Shown here one piece after another: positions 9,493 to 18,298 of a DNA stretch of 64,000 nt. The DNA comes from a bacterium (GTDB lineage Bacteria > Patescibacteriota > Minisyncoccia > Phycocordibacterales > UBA9973), in assembly GCA_021824345.1 (NCBI GenBank), contig JAKAKW010000004.1, positions 11,019 to 75,018 on the forward strand, given 5' to 3'. The translations under genes were made by a program, and so were the position numbers. Position 1 is the stretch's first letter, and each line of letters opens with the position of its first letter. The notes below the pieces were generated by a model, which was not told the DNA's origin, made no database searches, and saw nothing but the letters and a program-made list of their open reading frames with translations.

Positions 9493-11214
9493 TTAATACA
9501 CTTCCTTGTTGTAGCACTCTTCGCAGTATACGGTTTCGGGGCGGTCGGGGGCGAATGCGGTATCAAATTCGTTCAAACATTTGCCAGCGTGGCTGTGGCC
9601 GGCTTTCTGGCACATGCAAGAACGGTGCCAGAGCCTGCGCGGATTGCGGAGCAAAAACCGCTCCTGCCGCCTGCAAGAAAAGCATTTGTCCGGTATCGGA
9701 ATGTTCAGAATCCTGTATAAGGAAAGTTCAAGCGGGGTAATCTTAAAGGCTGTGGTGCATAGAGGATAATTTTTTGCTTCTTCCGGCGAATTCTGTGAAG
9801 AACACCCTATTACTTCATTGATAATGCCATCATTTGCTTCTGTGATAGTTTTCGGCATATTCTCACCGGCAAGAGTGATTTTATAATCTCTCTCAGGCCT
9901 CTCATACCATGAATATCCGGCCTTCACGGCCTCTTCTTTTGTCAGCGGGAAATAGTCCTGAGCCATAGATTCATTATAGGCGAAAGGCGAAACCTCAGCC
10001 GGGAAATATTCTCCCCACTCCCCTGTTTTTCGCATATGCTCTATTATTTTCTCTTTCAGTTCCGCATATTCTTCTTTTGAGTACTGCTTGTTCAATATGC
10101 AGTACTTCCCCTTCTCTAATCCGAAACAGCCGAAGCAGTCGCTGGTGCTGAAACACATATCGCAATAGCAGGAATCCACGATAGTGTTGAAGCAGCTGCG
10201 GATAAACATAGATCTGTGAGGAGAATCTACTCCCTGTATCTCATAGCATCTCTCACCTACTATAATTTCCGTACAATCCATGCAATCTTGAGTATCAAGC
10301 CACGCATCTTGCATATAGGCAGTGTCTTTGTTTTCTTTGCAATTAAATACTTCTTTCGCTCGCTGGCAATTCTCAATATAATCCCCGGTGGAATCTTCCA
10401 CTTGCGATCCGTGGTAATATTTCACTGGAATTTTTAATCGCAGTTTGTTCCTTTTTTCCTTTGCTTCGCGCACAGAATTCCTATCAAATGAAAAATCGCT
10501 TAATTTTTTTTCATACTCTTCCTTATTAAGCTTTTCATTAAACCAGCAATATTGCTTCTTTCTCAAACCCACGCAGCCGAAACAGTCCAAACACCCCTTG
10601 CAATCGTCACAGAACCAGAGTGATACGGAATCTGCGCAATCTCGGCACCAAGCGCACTTGGAGCAATGGTCAAGATTAATGCATTCGTAACAGAATTCGC
10701 TCTTGAAAACCATATAGCAATCACCGCAGAAATGGCTGTTTTGATTCCAGCTTCCATACATGCATTTCTCACACATTCCGCTGGTCACCAGCATGTAACA
10801 CTCCTTGTTGTCCTGAGATTGATTAGTGTATTCGCTATTTACGCTTCTGGAATTTACCATCGCCAGATGGGGCGCTTCTCTGCGCAACTCTTCATATTGT
10901 TCAAAAAATGGCCGATTAAAATCAAAATTCCGCCAGTACTCTTTGGCCTCAAAAGCGTCCGATTTCCAATATTCCTGCTCGTATACCGGAAAGGGCGCAT
11001 CCTCCCGATAAATGGAAATTATGGATTTTCCGGTAGCATCGCATTTCCGCTTGTAAAAATTGTACTCGTTTCGGTCCAAAAGCCGGCGAAGATATCGGCA
11101 ATCCGGACACAGGGTCGGCGGAGGCACGCCGATCTTTCCATAAAACCCGAAATCGTCCGGCTTTATCGCGAAATCTTTTTGACAATTTTTGCACTGTCTT
11201 TTTTCTTCCTTCAT
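9493..11214 (-). CDS. Cysteine-rich multi-zinc-ribbon family protein, array A copy 1 (unknown function)
   Basis: 573 aa. N-terminal module 'CKNCQKDFAIKPDDFGFYGKIGVPPPTLCPDCR'; core 'CDDCKGCLDCFGCVGLRKKQYCWFNEKLNKEEY' and '...CFGCFGLEKGKYCILNKQYSKEEY'; C-terminal 'PIPDKCFSCR...WHRSCMCQKAGHSHAGKC...YCEECYNKEVY'. Confidence 0.85.
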   Translation of the reverse strand: MKEEKRQCKNCQKDFAIKPDDFGFYGKIGVPPPTLCPDCRYLRRLLDRNEYNFYKRKCDATGKSIISIYREDAPFPVYEQEYWKSDAFEAKEYWRNFDFNRPFFEQYEELRREAPHLAMVNSRSVNSEYTNQSQDNKECYMLVTSGMCEKCMYGSWNQNSHFCGDCYMVFKSEFCYECINLDHCSKCAWCRDCADSVSLWFCDDCKGCLDCFGCVGLRKKQYCWFNEKLNKEEYEKKLSDFSFDRNSVREAKEKRNKLRLKIPVKYYHGSQVEDSTGDYIENCQRAKEVFNCKENKDTAYMQDAWLDTQDCMDCTEIIVGERCYEIQGVDSPHRSMFIRSCFNTIVDSCYCDMCFSTSDCFGCFGLEKGKYCILNKQYSKEEYAELKEKIIEHMRKTGEWGEYFPAEVSPFAYNESMAQDYFPLTKEEAVKAGYSWYERPERDYKITLAGENMPKTITEANDGIINEVIGCSSQNSPEEAKNYPLCTTAFKITPLELSLYRILNIPIPDKCFSCRRQERFLLRNPRRLWHRSCMCQKAGHSHAGKCLNEFDTAFAPDRPETVYCEECYNKEVY

Positions 11215-11219
11215 TTATT

Positions 11220-12980
11220 TCAGTATACCTCTTTTCTATAGCACGGCTCGCAGTAAATTTTCAGGTTCTTGGACGGGTCATATGTGGTCAATATTTCCTT
11301 TCCGCATTTGGAACATATGCGCTTCCATATTTTATATGGACTCCGCTTATGAAAACGCTTCATCAGCCGCGCTCGGGGACTTTTCGCAGGTAAAGGAATG
11401 GAATTTCGGCGGTAAAAATCAAGTTCGCTTTTTATTATCCTGAAAGGCCGGCCGGACTCCTGGCAGATTATAGCCATATTAAGAATATCATCCGTTGCGT
11501 CTTTTATATCATCCGTAAGATCCTTGCCAGAAATAACCTTCATGCCTTTTACATCCATGCTCACTTCGTAATCCCGAAGACGAGCGCCCAGTTTCCCTGC
11601 TTTTTCTTTGGAAACCGGCATCATAGCATACCCGTAAGTGTCGTGGTAATAGAAGAAAGAATCCTCCAGCCGCAAGAACTCCCCGTAATTTCCATCTGAA
11701 AGCATCTTTACTTTTATCTTATCCACCAGCTTCCAATATTCTTCGGGAGAGTATTGCTTATTCAGCACGCAGAAATTCTTCTTCTTTAAGCCGGAACACC
11801 CGAAGCAGTATTTACAATCCGAACATTCAAAGCAATATTCCACCTGCCGGCAATTACTGACGAAATATGAGGCAATGGCAAGATTGGAAAAAAGCCCTTC
11901 GGCAACATTGTAGCAAAGCTCGCCGGGGCCGAATATGGTCACGTCCATGCAATCGTGCGTGCCAATTATGTCGGAACTGTGCCGCACATTCTCATTCCGA
12001 TAGAAAGTTATCAAATATTTCATGCCGGAGGCATTGTATACATCCACGCAGTTTTTACTGTCTGATATGTGACTGCCGAGCGATCCGGGAGAGTTGCGTA
12101 TAATAAGATCCCGATGGATAGAGTCTTTTTCTATCATTTCCGAAAATTTACGCTTGTATTCTTCTGCCACCGATCTCCTGCCAAGATCTATTTCAGAAAT
12201 TTTTTGCATATACTCTTCTTTGGAAAACTGTTTATTGAGAAAACAATATTGTTTGCTCCGCAAGTTTGCGCACATAAAGCAGTCGTGACAATCATGGCAG
12301 TCAAACAAAAATTTTGAATTTATACAGCTTTTGCAATTTTGAATATATTGAGACTCATAGATGCGGTCGGAATCTAATATATCGTAGCAATGCTCTAAAT
12401 GGTCCACTCGCAGGACGTCTACGCAATCCTTAGCATATGCCGCCCATAGTCCATAGGACACGTCTTCGGAAACGCCTATCACGGAAGAAACATAGCAGTT
12501 TTTGACGTCCATGCTCTCCACGCTGTAATCACTGTTTATGATGTTCTTGTTGTATCTGGATATAGCCATATGGGGTACGTCGTGGAGCAATTTGTTCAGC
12601 TGTTCATAGAAAGATTCATTTGCATCATATACGCGACCGAATCCTGTTGCGTCCCAAGCATTCACATCCCACCAGTATTTGTTGTCATAAATTTTATATT
12701 GGCTTTTCGCGTCCAACTGGGAAATCAGGCTTTCCCCAGAATGAGCGGAGCATTCTTTTTTATAGAACTGGAAAATATTGGCAAGCATGGCCATGCGCCT
12801 GCGCGCCCGGCATTCCGGACATTCATTGAGAGGAGGAACTCTCAATTTTTTTAAATACGATATGTCCTCAGCGCTGATATCAAAAGAATTCCCGCAAGTT
12901 TCACAAGTGCGTTTTTGCGGAGAAAGATTTTCATATATCTTTTCCAGGGCTTCATCAAATTTCGGAGTTTTTGTCTGCAT
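11220..12980 (-). CDS. Cysteine-rich multi-zinc-ribbon family protein, array A copy 2
   Basis: The listed ORF extends to 13055, but the family-conserved start is MQTKTPKF at 12980, 1 nt after the stop of copy 3. Motifs 'CETCGNSFDISAEDISYLKKLRVPPLNECPECR', 'CHDCHDCFMCANLRSKQYCFLNKQFSKEEY' and C-terminal 'CSKCGKE...YCEPCYRKEVY'. TGA stop. Confidence 0.8.
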   Translation of the reverse strand: MQTKTPKFDEALEKIYENLSPQKRTCETCGNSFDISAEDISYLKKLRVPPLNECPECRARRRMAMLANIFQFYKKECSAHSGESLISQLDAKSQYKIYDNKYWWDVNAWDATGFGRVYDANESFYEQLNKLLHDVPHMAISRYNKNIINSDYSVESMDVKNCYVSSVIGVSEDVSYGLWAAYAKDCVDVLRVDHLEHCYDILDSDRIYESQYIQNCKSCINSKFLFDCHDCHDCFMCANLRSKQYCFLNKQFSKEEYMQKISEIDLGRRSVAEEYKRKFSEMIEKDSIHRDLIIRNSPGSLGSHISDSKNCVDVYNASGMKYLITFYRNENVRHSSDIIGTHDCMDVTIFGPGELCYNVAEGLFSNLAIASYFVSNCRQVEYCFECSDCKYCFGCSGLKKKNFCVLNKQYSPEEYWKLVDKIKVKMLSDGNYGEFLRLEDSFFYYHDTYGYAMMPVSKEKAGKLGARLRDYEVSMDVKGMKVISGKDLTDDIKDATDDILNMAIICQESGRPFRIIKSELDFYRRNSIPLPAKSPRARLMKRFHKRSPYKIWKRICSKCGKEILTTYDPSKNLKIYCEPCYRKEVY

Positions 12981-12981
12981 A

Positions 12982-14730
12982 TTAATACACCTCCTTGTTG
13001 TAACAATCCTCGCAGTATACGGTTTCGGGGCGGTCGGGGGCGAATGCGGTATCAAATTCGTTCAAACATTTGCCAGCGTGGCTGTGGACGGCTTTCTGGC
13101 ACATGCAAGAACGGTGCCAGAGCTTCATGGGATTGCGTTTGGCAAGGCGCGCTTCGTGCCGGCAGAAGAAGCATAGATGCGGGAGCGGAACACCGAGTTT
13201 TTTATACAGCTTCAGTTCCCCGTCGGTTATCTTGAATGCCCCGCGGCAACGCCCGCCGGAATTATTCCGATTCGCGCATCCTATTACTTCGGAAAGAATC
13301 GAATCCCGCACATCGCCCAATCTGTCCGGCAGATCTTTCGCCTCAATGGTGAGGGAATACTCGTTCTGCTTTTTGTCCCGCCACCTGTACCCCCTCGAGA
13401 GAGCCTCCTCCTTGGTCAAAGGAAAATAATCCTGGGCCTGGGTTTCGTTATAACAGAATGGAGAAAGTTCCGCCGGGAAGAATTCGCCGTACTTGTATGT
13501 CAAACCATTCCTGTCCACATAAGGCATATTCATCATATGCTCTTTGATTTTTGGAACCAACGCTTCATACTCCTCCTTTGAATATTCCTTGTTTAAAATG
13601 CAATGCTTCTTATTCCTTATTCCAATACAGCCGAATAAATCGGAACAGCCGTGGCAATTGAACGAATATTCCACGTTATTTGAGCTGTACACCACGCTGG
13701 TGAATAAGTTGCGGTAATTTCCAATGCCGGTATCAAATGCTTCATACGCCAGCTCTGCGTCCCCCAGACCCGGTCCAATATCGTAGCCGTCTTTTACCAC
13801 ATGGGCCACCCAATGCGCGAACTTGCAGTCTTCTATGTTGCCATTTCCGTCAAAAATAATATGGCAATTTTTTACCCCGTCCAAATTATCTCCGGTGGAA
13901 TTTATACTCCTAATCTGGTTTGCAAATCTATTGACGGCTCCGAGTACAAGCTTGTCAAATTTTTCTTTTAATTTTGAAATTTCGGCATAGCTTGTGAGAT
14001 CGATTTCAGACAAGCGCTTAGTGTATTCTTCCTTGCTTAATGGTTCATTCCACATGCAATATGATTTGTTGCGCTGGTTTGTACAGCCCAAACAATTGGT
14101 ACAGCCATGGCAATCGTAAAGAAAATATGAATCCACGCAGGCCTTGCATTTCATGGAATACATAAGGCGATAGCAGTCTTCGCAAAACATATCCTCGTAA
14201 CAGAGTTCTGATTTGTGAGTCACATAAGTGTCTGAGCAGTCTTTGGTCTCGGAGATGCGATTGGAATAGAAAGTACGCTCAATTTTCCATGACCCGGAAG
14301 ACATGTAGCTTTCTCTTGAATCCTCCGCCACATTGCAGTAATCGCTGTTTACGGCATGGATGTTAGAAAGAGCCTGTTGGGGAAAATCCCTATATAACTC
14401 GCTCCATTGCTGAAAAAATGGTTTTGAAAAATCATAGTCCCGCCCGTAAGAAAGTTGGTCCCAATTGTCGCTCCACCAATAACTTGAATCATATGTTTTC
14501 AGCTTTTCATCCGGCGGATACATGCTGATTATGTCCTCGTCGTGCCCCGGCGCGTCACATTTGCGCCTGAAAAGAGACATTTCGTTGCGCCAGCTTATGC
14601 GTCGAACAGTACGGCAATCGGGGCAAAAAGTCGGCGGGGGCACGCCGATTTTCTTGTAGAAATTAAAATCCTCCGGCTCAATAGCGAAGCTCTGCTTGCA
14701 ATTCTGGCATTGCCGGGTTTCGGATTGCAT
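12982..14730 (-). CDS. Cysteine-rich multi-zinc-ribbon family protein, array A copy 3
   Basis: 582 aa with 'MQSETRQCQNCKQSFAIEPEDFNFYKKIGVPPPTFCPDCR'. Its C-terminus is nucleotide-identical over about 115 bp to copy 1. Confidence 0.85.
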   Translation of the reverse strand: MQSETRQCQNCKQSFAIEPEDFNFYKKIGVPPPTFCPDCRTVRRISWRNEMSLFRRKCDAPGHDEDIISMYPPDEKLKTYDSSYWWSDNWDQLSYGRDYDFSKPFFQQWSELYRDFPQQALSNIHAVNSDYCNVAEDSRESYMSSGSWKIERTFYSNRISETKDCSDTYVTHKSELCYEDMFCEDCYRLMYSMKCKACVDSYFLYDCHGCTNCLGCTNQRNKSYCMWNEPLSKEEYTKRLSEIDLTSYAEISKLKEKFDKLVLGAVNRFANQIRSINSTGDNLDGVKNCHIIFDGNGNIEDCKFAHWVAHVVKDGYDIGPGLGDAELAYEAFDTGIGNYRNLFTSVVYSSNNVEYSFNCHGCSDLFGCIGIRNKKHCILNKEYSKEEYEALVPKIKEHMMNMPYVDRNGLTYKYGEFFPAELSPFCYNETQAQDYFPLTKEEALSRGYRWRDKKQNEYSLTIEAKDLPDRLGDVRDSILSEVIGCANRNNSGGRCRGAFKITDGELKLYKKLGVPLPHLCFFCRHEARLAKRNPMKLWHRSCMCQKAVHSHAGKCLNEFDTAFAPDRPETVYCEDCYNKEVY

Positions 14731-14736
14731 ATATAA

Positions 14737-14745
14737 ACTTTACCA
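14737..14745 (-). promoter_or_regulatory. Extended -10 box TGGTAAAGT, 6 nt upstream of the copy-3 ATG (internal, leaderless-type promoter)
   Basis: The minus strand reads GGGCGGAGGGATACCCTCCGCCC-TAGAATTTTTACGCAAACG-TGGTAAAGT-TTATAT-ATG. The same cassette repeats upstream of array B at 33613-33663. Confidence 0.45.
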
Positions 14746-14764
14746 CGTTTGCGTAAAAATTCTA

Positions 14765-14787
14765 GGGCGGAGGGTATCCCTCCGCCC
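14765..14787. repeat. Palindromic hairpin repeat family 2 (GGGCGGAGGGTATCCCTCCGCCC) in the only sizeable intergenic gap of array A; on the minus strand it is followed by a T5 run (terminator-like)
   Basis: Perfect 10-bp stem. On the transcribed (minus) strand it is followed by TAGAATTTTTACG. Confidence 0.7.
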
Positions 14788-14834
14788 TCCCTCGGCCCTT
14801 CTCCGCCTTGGCTTCCAAATTAAAACCATTGCCG

Positions 14835-16577
14835 CTAATATACTTCTTTCTGATAGCAAGATTCGCAATACACTGTCTCCGGTTTATCGGGCGCATAGCT
14901 GGTTTCAAATTCATTTGGGCATTTGTCTCGGTGTCCGTGATTGGATTTTTCGCACATGCAAGAACGGCTCCAAAGCTTCATGGGATTGCGCTTGGCAAGC
15001 CTGCCGTAATGCCGGCAATTTGAACACAGGCGCGGAAGAGGCAAGCCGAGTCTGCGGTAAAATCCCAGCTCGTCCGGAATAATGCGAAACGCTTCGGTGC
15101 ACTGTTCGTTACATTTTCCTTTGTGCGCGCACTCAACAGACTTGTTTAATATATCGTCTTTTACATCGCTTATATCGTCCGGCAATTCCTCATTTTTTAT
15201 TTCAATTTCGTAGTTTTTCGATTCTTTTTCTTTCCATCCGTATCCCCTTTCCCGCGCCTCCTCTTGAGTCAAAGGGAAGTATTCTTGGGCAATGGTTTCG
15301 TTATATGCCCAGGGAGAAATTTCCATCGGGAAAAAATCGCCGTAGACATAAGCCCTGCCTTTCGCGTCAATATACGGCTTTTCCGCCATTTGCTTCACGA
15401 TTTCATCCTTTAGTTTGTTGTACTCCTCTTTTGTATATTGCTTGTTTAATATGCAGTATTCTTTTCCGCGCAATCCTATGCAACCGAACAAGTTCGAAGA
15501 TGCCTGACAAGAAAAACAATACGCGCAATTGTTGGAACTATAGGTGGTAATGATGGCAAGATCGTTCATTCCCACGTCGGTATCCACTCCTTCGTAGCAC
15601 AGCTCGGTTTTGTAATTGCCGTAAACGTCATAATTTTCCTTGATAAAAAGCGAATGAGCGGAAAATCGGCAATTTTCCGCCTCGTCTGATATATCAAAGC
15701 AATTATGGGAATTTTTGGATTTGGTAATGTTATGTCCCGTGCAATTCTCGCATTTTACGATGTTGGCATAGCGGCGAATGGCTTTTCCGCGTATTTCACT
15801 TTCATATTTTTCTCTTATTTTTTCTCTGTTTGCATAGCTGGATAGTTTCAAAGATTTTAGTTTGTTTTCATAATCATCTTTAGTCAGCTGTTCATTGAAA
15901 TAACAATATGACTTGCTGACCAGATTAGAACAGGCAAAGCAGTTATTGCAATTTCGGCATCCGTATAGATACGAAGAATTCACGCAAGAGGTGCAGCTTT
16001 CGCTCCCCATCACGCTGAAACATTCTTGGCAATCCAGAATATCGTAGCAGAGTTCATTGTGAGGAGAAGTAAGCATATCTTGAGAATCTTTTGAAAAATT
16101 GCTTCGGTTCGAATACCGTACGTTTTCGTCATATCCGCACCCGAACACGAGATAGCAATTCTTGTTACCGTCCACATAATTCGTGTATTGAGAGTTCACG
16201 GAATTGATGGTTTGGAGGGCCGGCAAGGGCGTTTTCTTCCACAACTTGTCATATTGCTCAAAGAAAGGTCTGGACGGGTCATATTCAATGCCGTAATCAG
16301 TCGGATCCCATTTGTCGCTCCACCAGTACTCCTTATCATACACAGTGTAGGGAGAATCCGGCGCGTACATGCTTAGCATCTCCTCGCTTCTGCCGGGCGC
16401 ATTGTTTTTTCTTTTATACAGCGACCGTTCATTCCGGAAAGCCATCCTCCTGACAATTCTGCATTCCGGACACCACGTCGGCGCCGGCACCTTTATGCGC
16501 TCGTAAAACCCGAAATCATCCGGCTCTATGACGAAGTCCTTTTTGCAATTTTGACATTGCCAGGTTTCGGATTGCAT
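14835..16577 (-). CDS. Cysteine-rich multi-zinc-ribbon family protein, array A copy 4
   Basis: 580 aa: 'MQSETWQCQNCKKDFVIEPDDFGFYERIKVPAPTWCPECR', 'CRNCNNCFACSNLVSKSYCYFNEQLTKDDY', 'CAYCFSCQASSNLFGCIGLRGKEYCILNKQYTKEEY', C-terminal '...YCESCYQKEVY'. Confidence 0.85.
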   Translation of the reverse strand: MQSETWQCQNCKKDFVIEPDDFGFYERIKVPAPTWCPECRIVRRMAFRNERSLYKRKNNAPGRSEEMLSMYAPDSPYTVYDKEYWWSDKWDPTDYGIEYDPSRPFFEQYDKLWKKTPLPALQTINSVNSQYTNYVDGNKNCYLVFGCGYDENVRYSNRSNFSKDSQDMLTSPHNELCYDILDCQECFSVMGSESCTSCVNSSYLYGCRNCNNCFACSNLVSKSYCYFNEQLTKDDYENKLKSLKLSSYANREKIREKYESEIRGKAIRRYANIVKCENCTGHNITKSKNSHNCFDISDEAENCRFSAHSLFIKENYDVYGNYKTELCYEGVDTDVGMNDLAIITTYSSNNCAYCFSCQASSNLFGCIGLRGKEYCILNKQYTKEEYNKLKDEIVKQMAEKPYIDAKGRAYVYGDFFPMEISPWAYNETIAQEYFPLTQEEARERGYGWKEKESKNYEIEIKNEELPDDISDVKDDILNKSVECAHKGKCNEQCTEAFRIIPDELGFYRRLGLPLPRLCSNCRHYGRLAKRNPMKLWSRSCMCEKSNHGHRDKCPNEFETSYAPDKPETVYCESCYQKEVY

Positions 16578-16589
16578 AAGATTATCTTG

Positions 16590-18296
16590 CTATAATACTT
16601 CTTTTATATAGCACTTGCTACAAAATATTCTTGGAGCGTCTTCCTTCCGGTAATGAGTTCTGAATATTACTCCGCAATTATCACACGATCTTTCCCCTAG
16701 CGTCATTTGCCACGCCCATCTTTTTATCTTTTCATCAATCCTGCAAAACGGACAACGCCGAGGCAATGGCAAATTGTGTTTCTTTAAAAATTGAATCTCC
16801 TGGTGGATTATCTTAAATCCCCGACTGCATGTAGCACATTGTATGGATTCTTCAGTTATATTTTCAGGCGCATCCTTAGAATTATCCGGCAAATCGCCTG
16901 ATTTCATAGTAATGGAATATTCCCTTGAATCAGGTTCCAGCCATGATAGATGCTTTTTAACTGTCTCCTCCTTTGATTTTGGAAAGAAAAGCGAAGCAAG
17001 GGTATCGTTATATGCGTGAGGAGACATGGTTATGGGAAAAAATTCCCCGTATCCATACTCTAAGCCATTCTCGCTTTTGTACGGCATTTCGGCCATCTGC
17101 TTAATTATTTTTTCCCTTATCTTAAAATATTCTTCTTTTGGATACTGCTTGTTTAATATGCAATATTTGCCGTTCCTTAAGCCCACGCACCCGAATAAAT
17201 CAGAGCCGCCAAAGCACAAGATTGTATAGTCCGAGGAATGCAATCCATGGCCTCCGTCCTGGCTGAATTTCACATTTTCTGTTTCAGAGCCGACAGTTAC
17301 GCATTCGTACATATTTTCTGCGGCTGTCCATCCATCCATATAGTCATATGAATTTTTCACTATTCCGTTTTTTATCAGCATTAGAAATTTAGAGTCCTCC
17401 GACAGTGTGACGTCGTAACATTCCCGGCAGTTTTTTGACTGGAAAACATAGTTGCCCGTGACGTTTTTGGAGAAATCGTCATAAATCGGGCGCGGCAGAT
17501 TTGATTTCCAGAAATCGCGCACTTTTTCTCGCATGGATTCGTAAGTGGAATATGAACCCAAATCTATTTCGCTTAATTTTTTCTCATACTCTTCTTTTGC
17601 AAGCTGTTCATTAAAAAAACAGTAGGACTTATTGCGCAAATTCACGCATCCAAAACAATTGTTGCAGTTGCGACAGTCTTTTATGAAATAGCAGTCCATA
17701 CAGCTGATAGTATTGCCCTCCGCGGTGAAAATGTTATAGCTTTTAAAACCATTCGTAACGTCAAACGTGTTTTCGCATTCCCAAGTCATGGAAGAATCAT
17801 ATATTCTTTTGCTTCTCTTTAAGAAGAAGCCGTAAGCCGTATCTTCGCACCCTTCGGTGAAAAATACGAGGTAGCAATTTTTGCACCATCCGGCAAAGTT
17901 GGTATATGGAGAAAGCTTGCGCGTAATCTGATCAATAGGCTGGGCTCTAAGAGGAACCTGTTCAAACAGTTTTGTAAATTGCTCAAAAAATGGCCTAGAG
18001 AAGTCGTATTCTATCGCATATTTTTTTGGATCCCATTTATCGCCCCACCAGCAATCATGGCAATAAATACGATATTTATTCTCCGGCGAGTACATGGAAA
18101 TGCCTTCCTCTCCGCATAAATCGCATTTGCGTTTGAAAAGTTTGGTGGATTTCATCCACACTAGGCGCCTTTGAAGACGACATCTCGGACAGAACGTCGG
18201 CGGAGGCACTTTGATTTTTTCGTAAAACCCGAAATCATCCGGCTCTATGACGAAGTCTTTCTTGCAGTTTTGGCATTGTTTGGTAGCGGATTCCAT
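16590..18296 (-). CDS. Cysteine-rich multi-zinc-ribbon family protein, array A copy 5
   Basis: The listed ORF extends to 18395; the conserved start MESATKQCQNC at 18296 lies 2 nt after the stop of copy 6. N-module with a second ribbon 'CDLCGEEGISMYSPENKYRIYCHDCWWGDKWD'; C-terminal 'CDNCGVIFRTHYRKEDAPRIFCSKCYIKEVL'. Confidence 0.8.
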   Translation of the reverse strand: MESATKQCQNCKKDFVIEPDDFGFYEKIKVPPPTFCPRCRLQRRLVWMKSTKLFKRKCDLCGEEGISMYSPENKYRIYCHDCWWGDKWDPKKYAIEYDFSRPFFEQFTKLFEQVPLRAQPIDQITRKLSPYTNFAGWCKNCYLVFFTEGCEDTAYGFFLKRSKRIYDSSMTWECENTFDVTNGFKSYNIFTAEGNTISCMDCYFIKDCRNCNNCFGCVNLRNKSYCFFNEQLAKEEYEKKLSEIDLGSYSTYESMREKVRDFWKSNLPRPIYDDFSKNVTGNYVFQSKNCRECYDVTLSEDSKFLMLIKNGIVKNSYDYMDGWTAAENMYECVTVGSETENVKFSQDGGHGLHSSDYTILCFGGSDLFGCVGLRNGKYCILNKQYPKEEYFKIREKIIKQMAEMPYKSENGLEYGYGEFFPITMSPHAYNDTLASLFFPKSKEETVKKHLSWLEPDSREYSITMKSGDLPDNSKDAPENITEESIQCATCSRGFKIIHQEIQFLKKHNLPLPRRCPFCRIDEKIKRWAWQMTLGERSCDNCGVIFRTHYRKEDAPRIFCSKCYIKEVL

Positions 18297-18298
18297 GA

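Noticed and set aside
8629-9720. 363-aa plus-strand ORF containing 'AVYGFGAVGGECGIKFVQTFASVAVAGFLAHARTVPE', the same peptide as in ORF 12778-13176
   Set aside because: The shared peptide is the reverse-strand reading of the conserved C-terminus of the Cys-rich family; nucleotide identity creates it. The real genes are on the minus strand.
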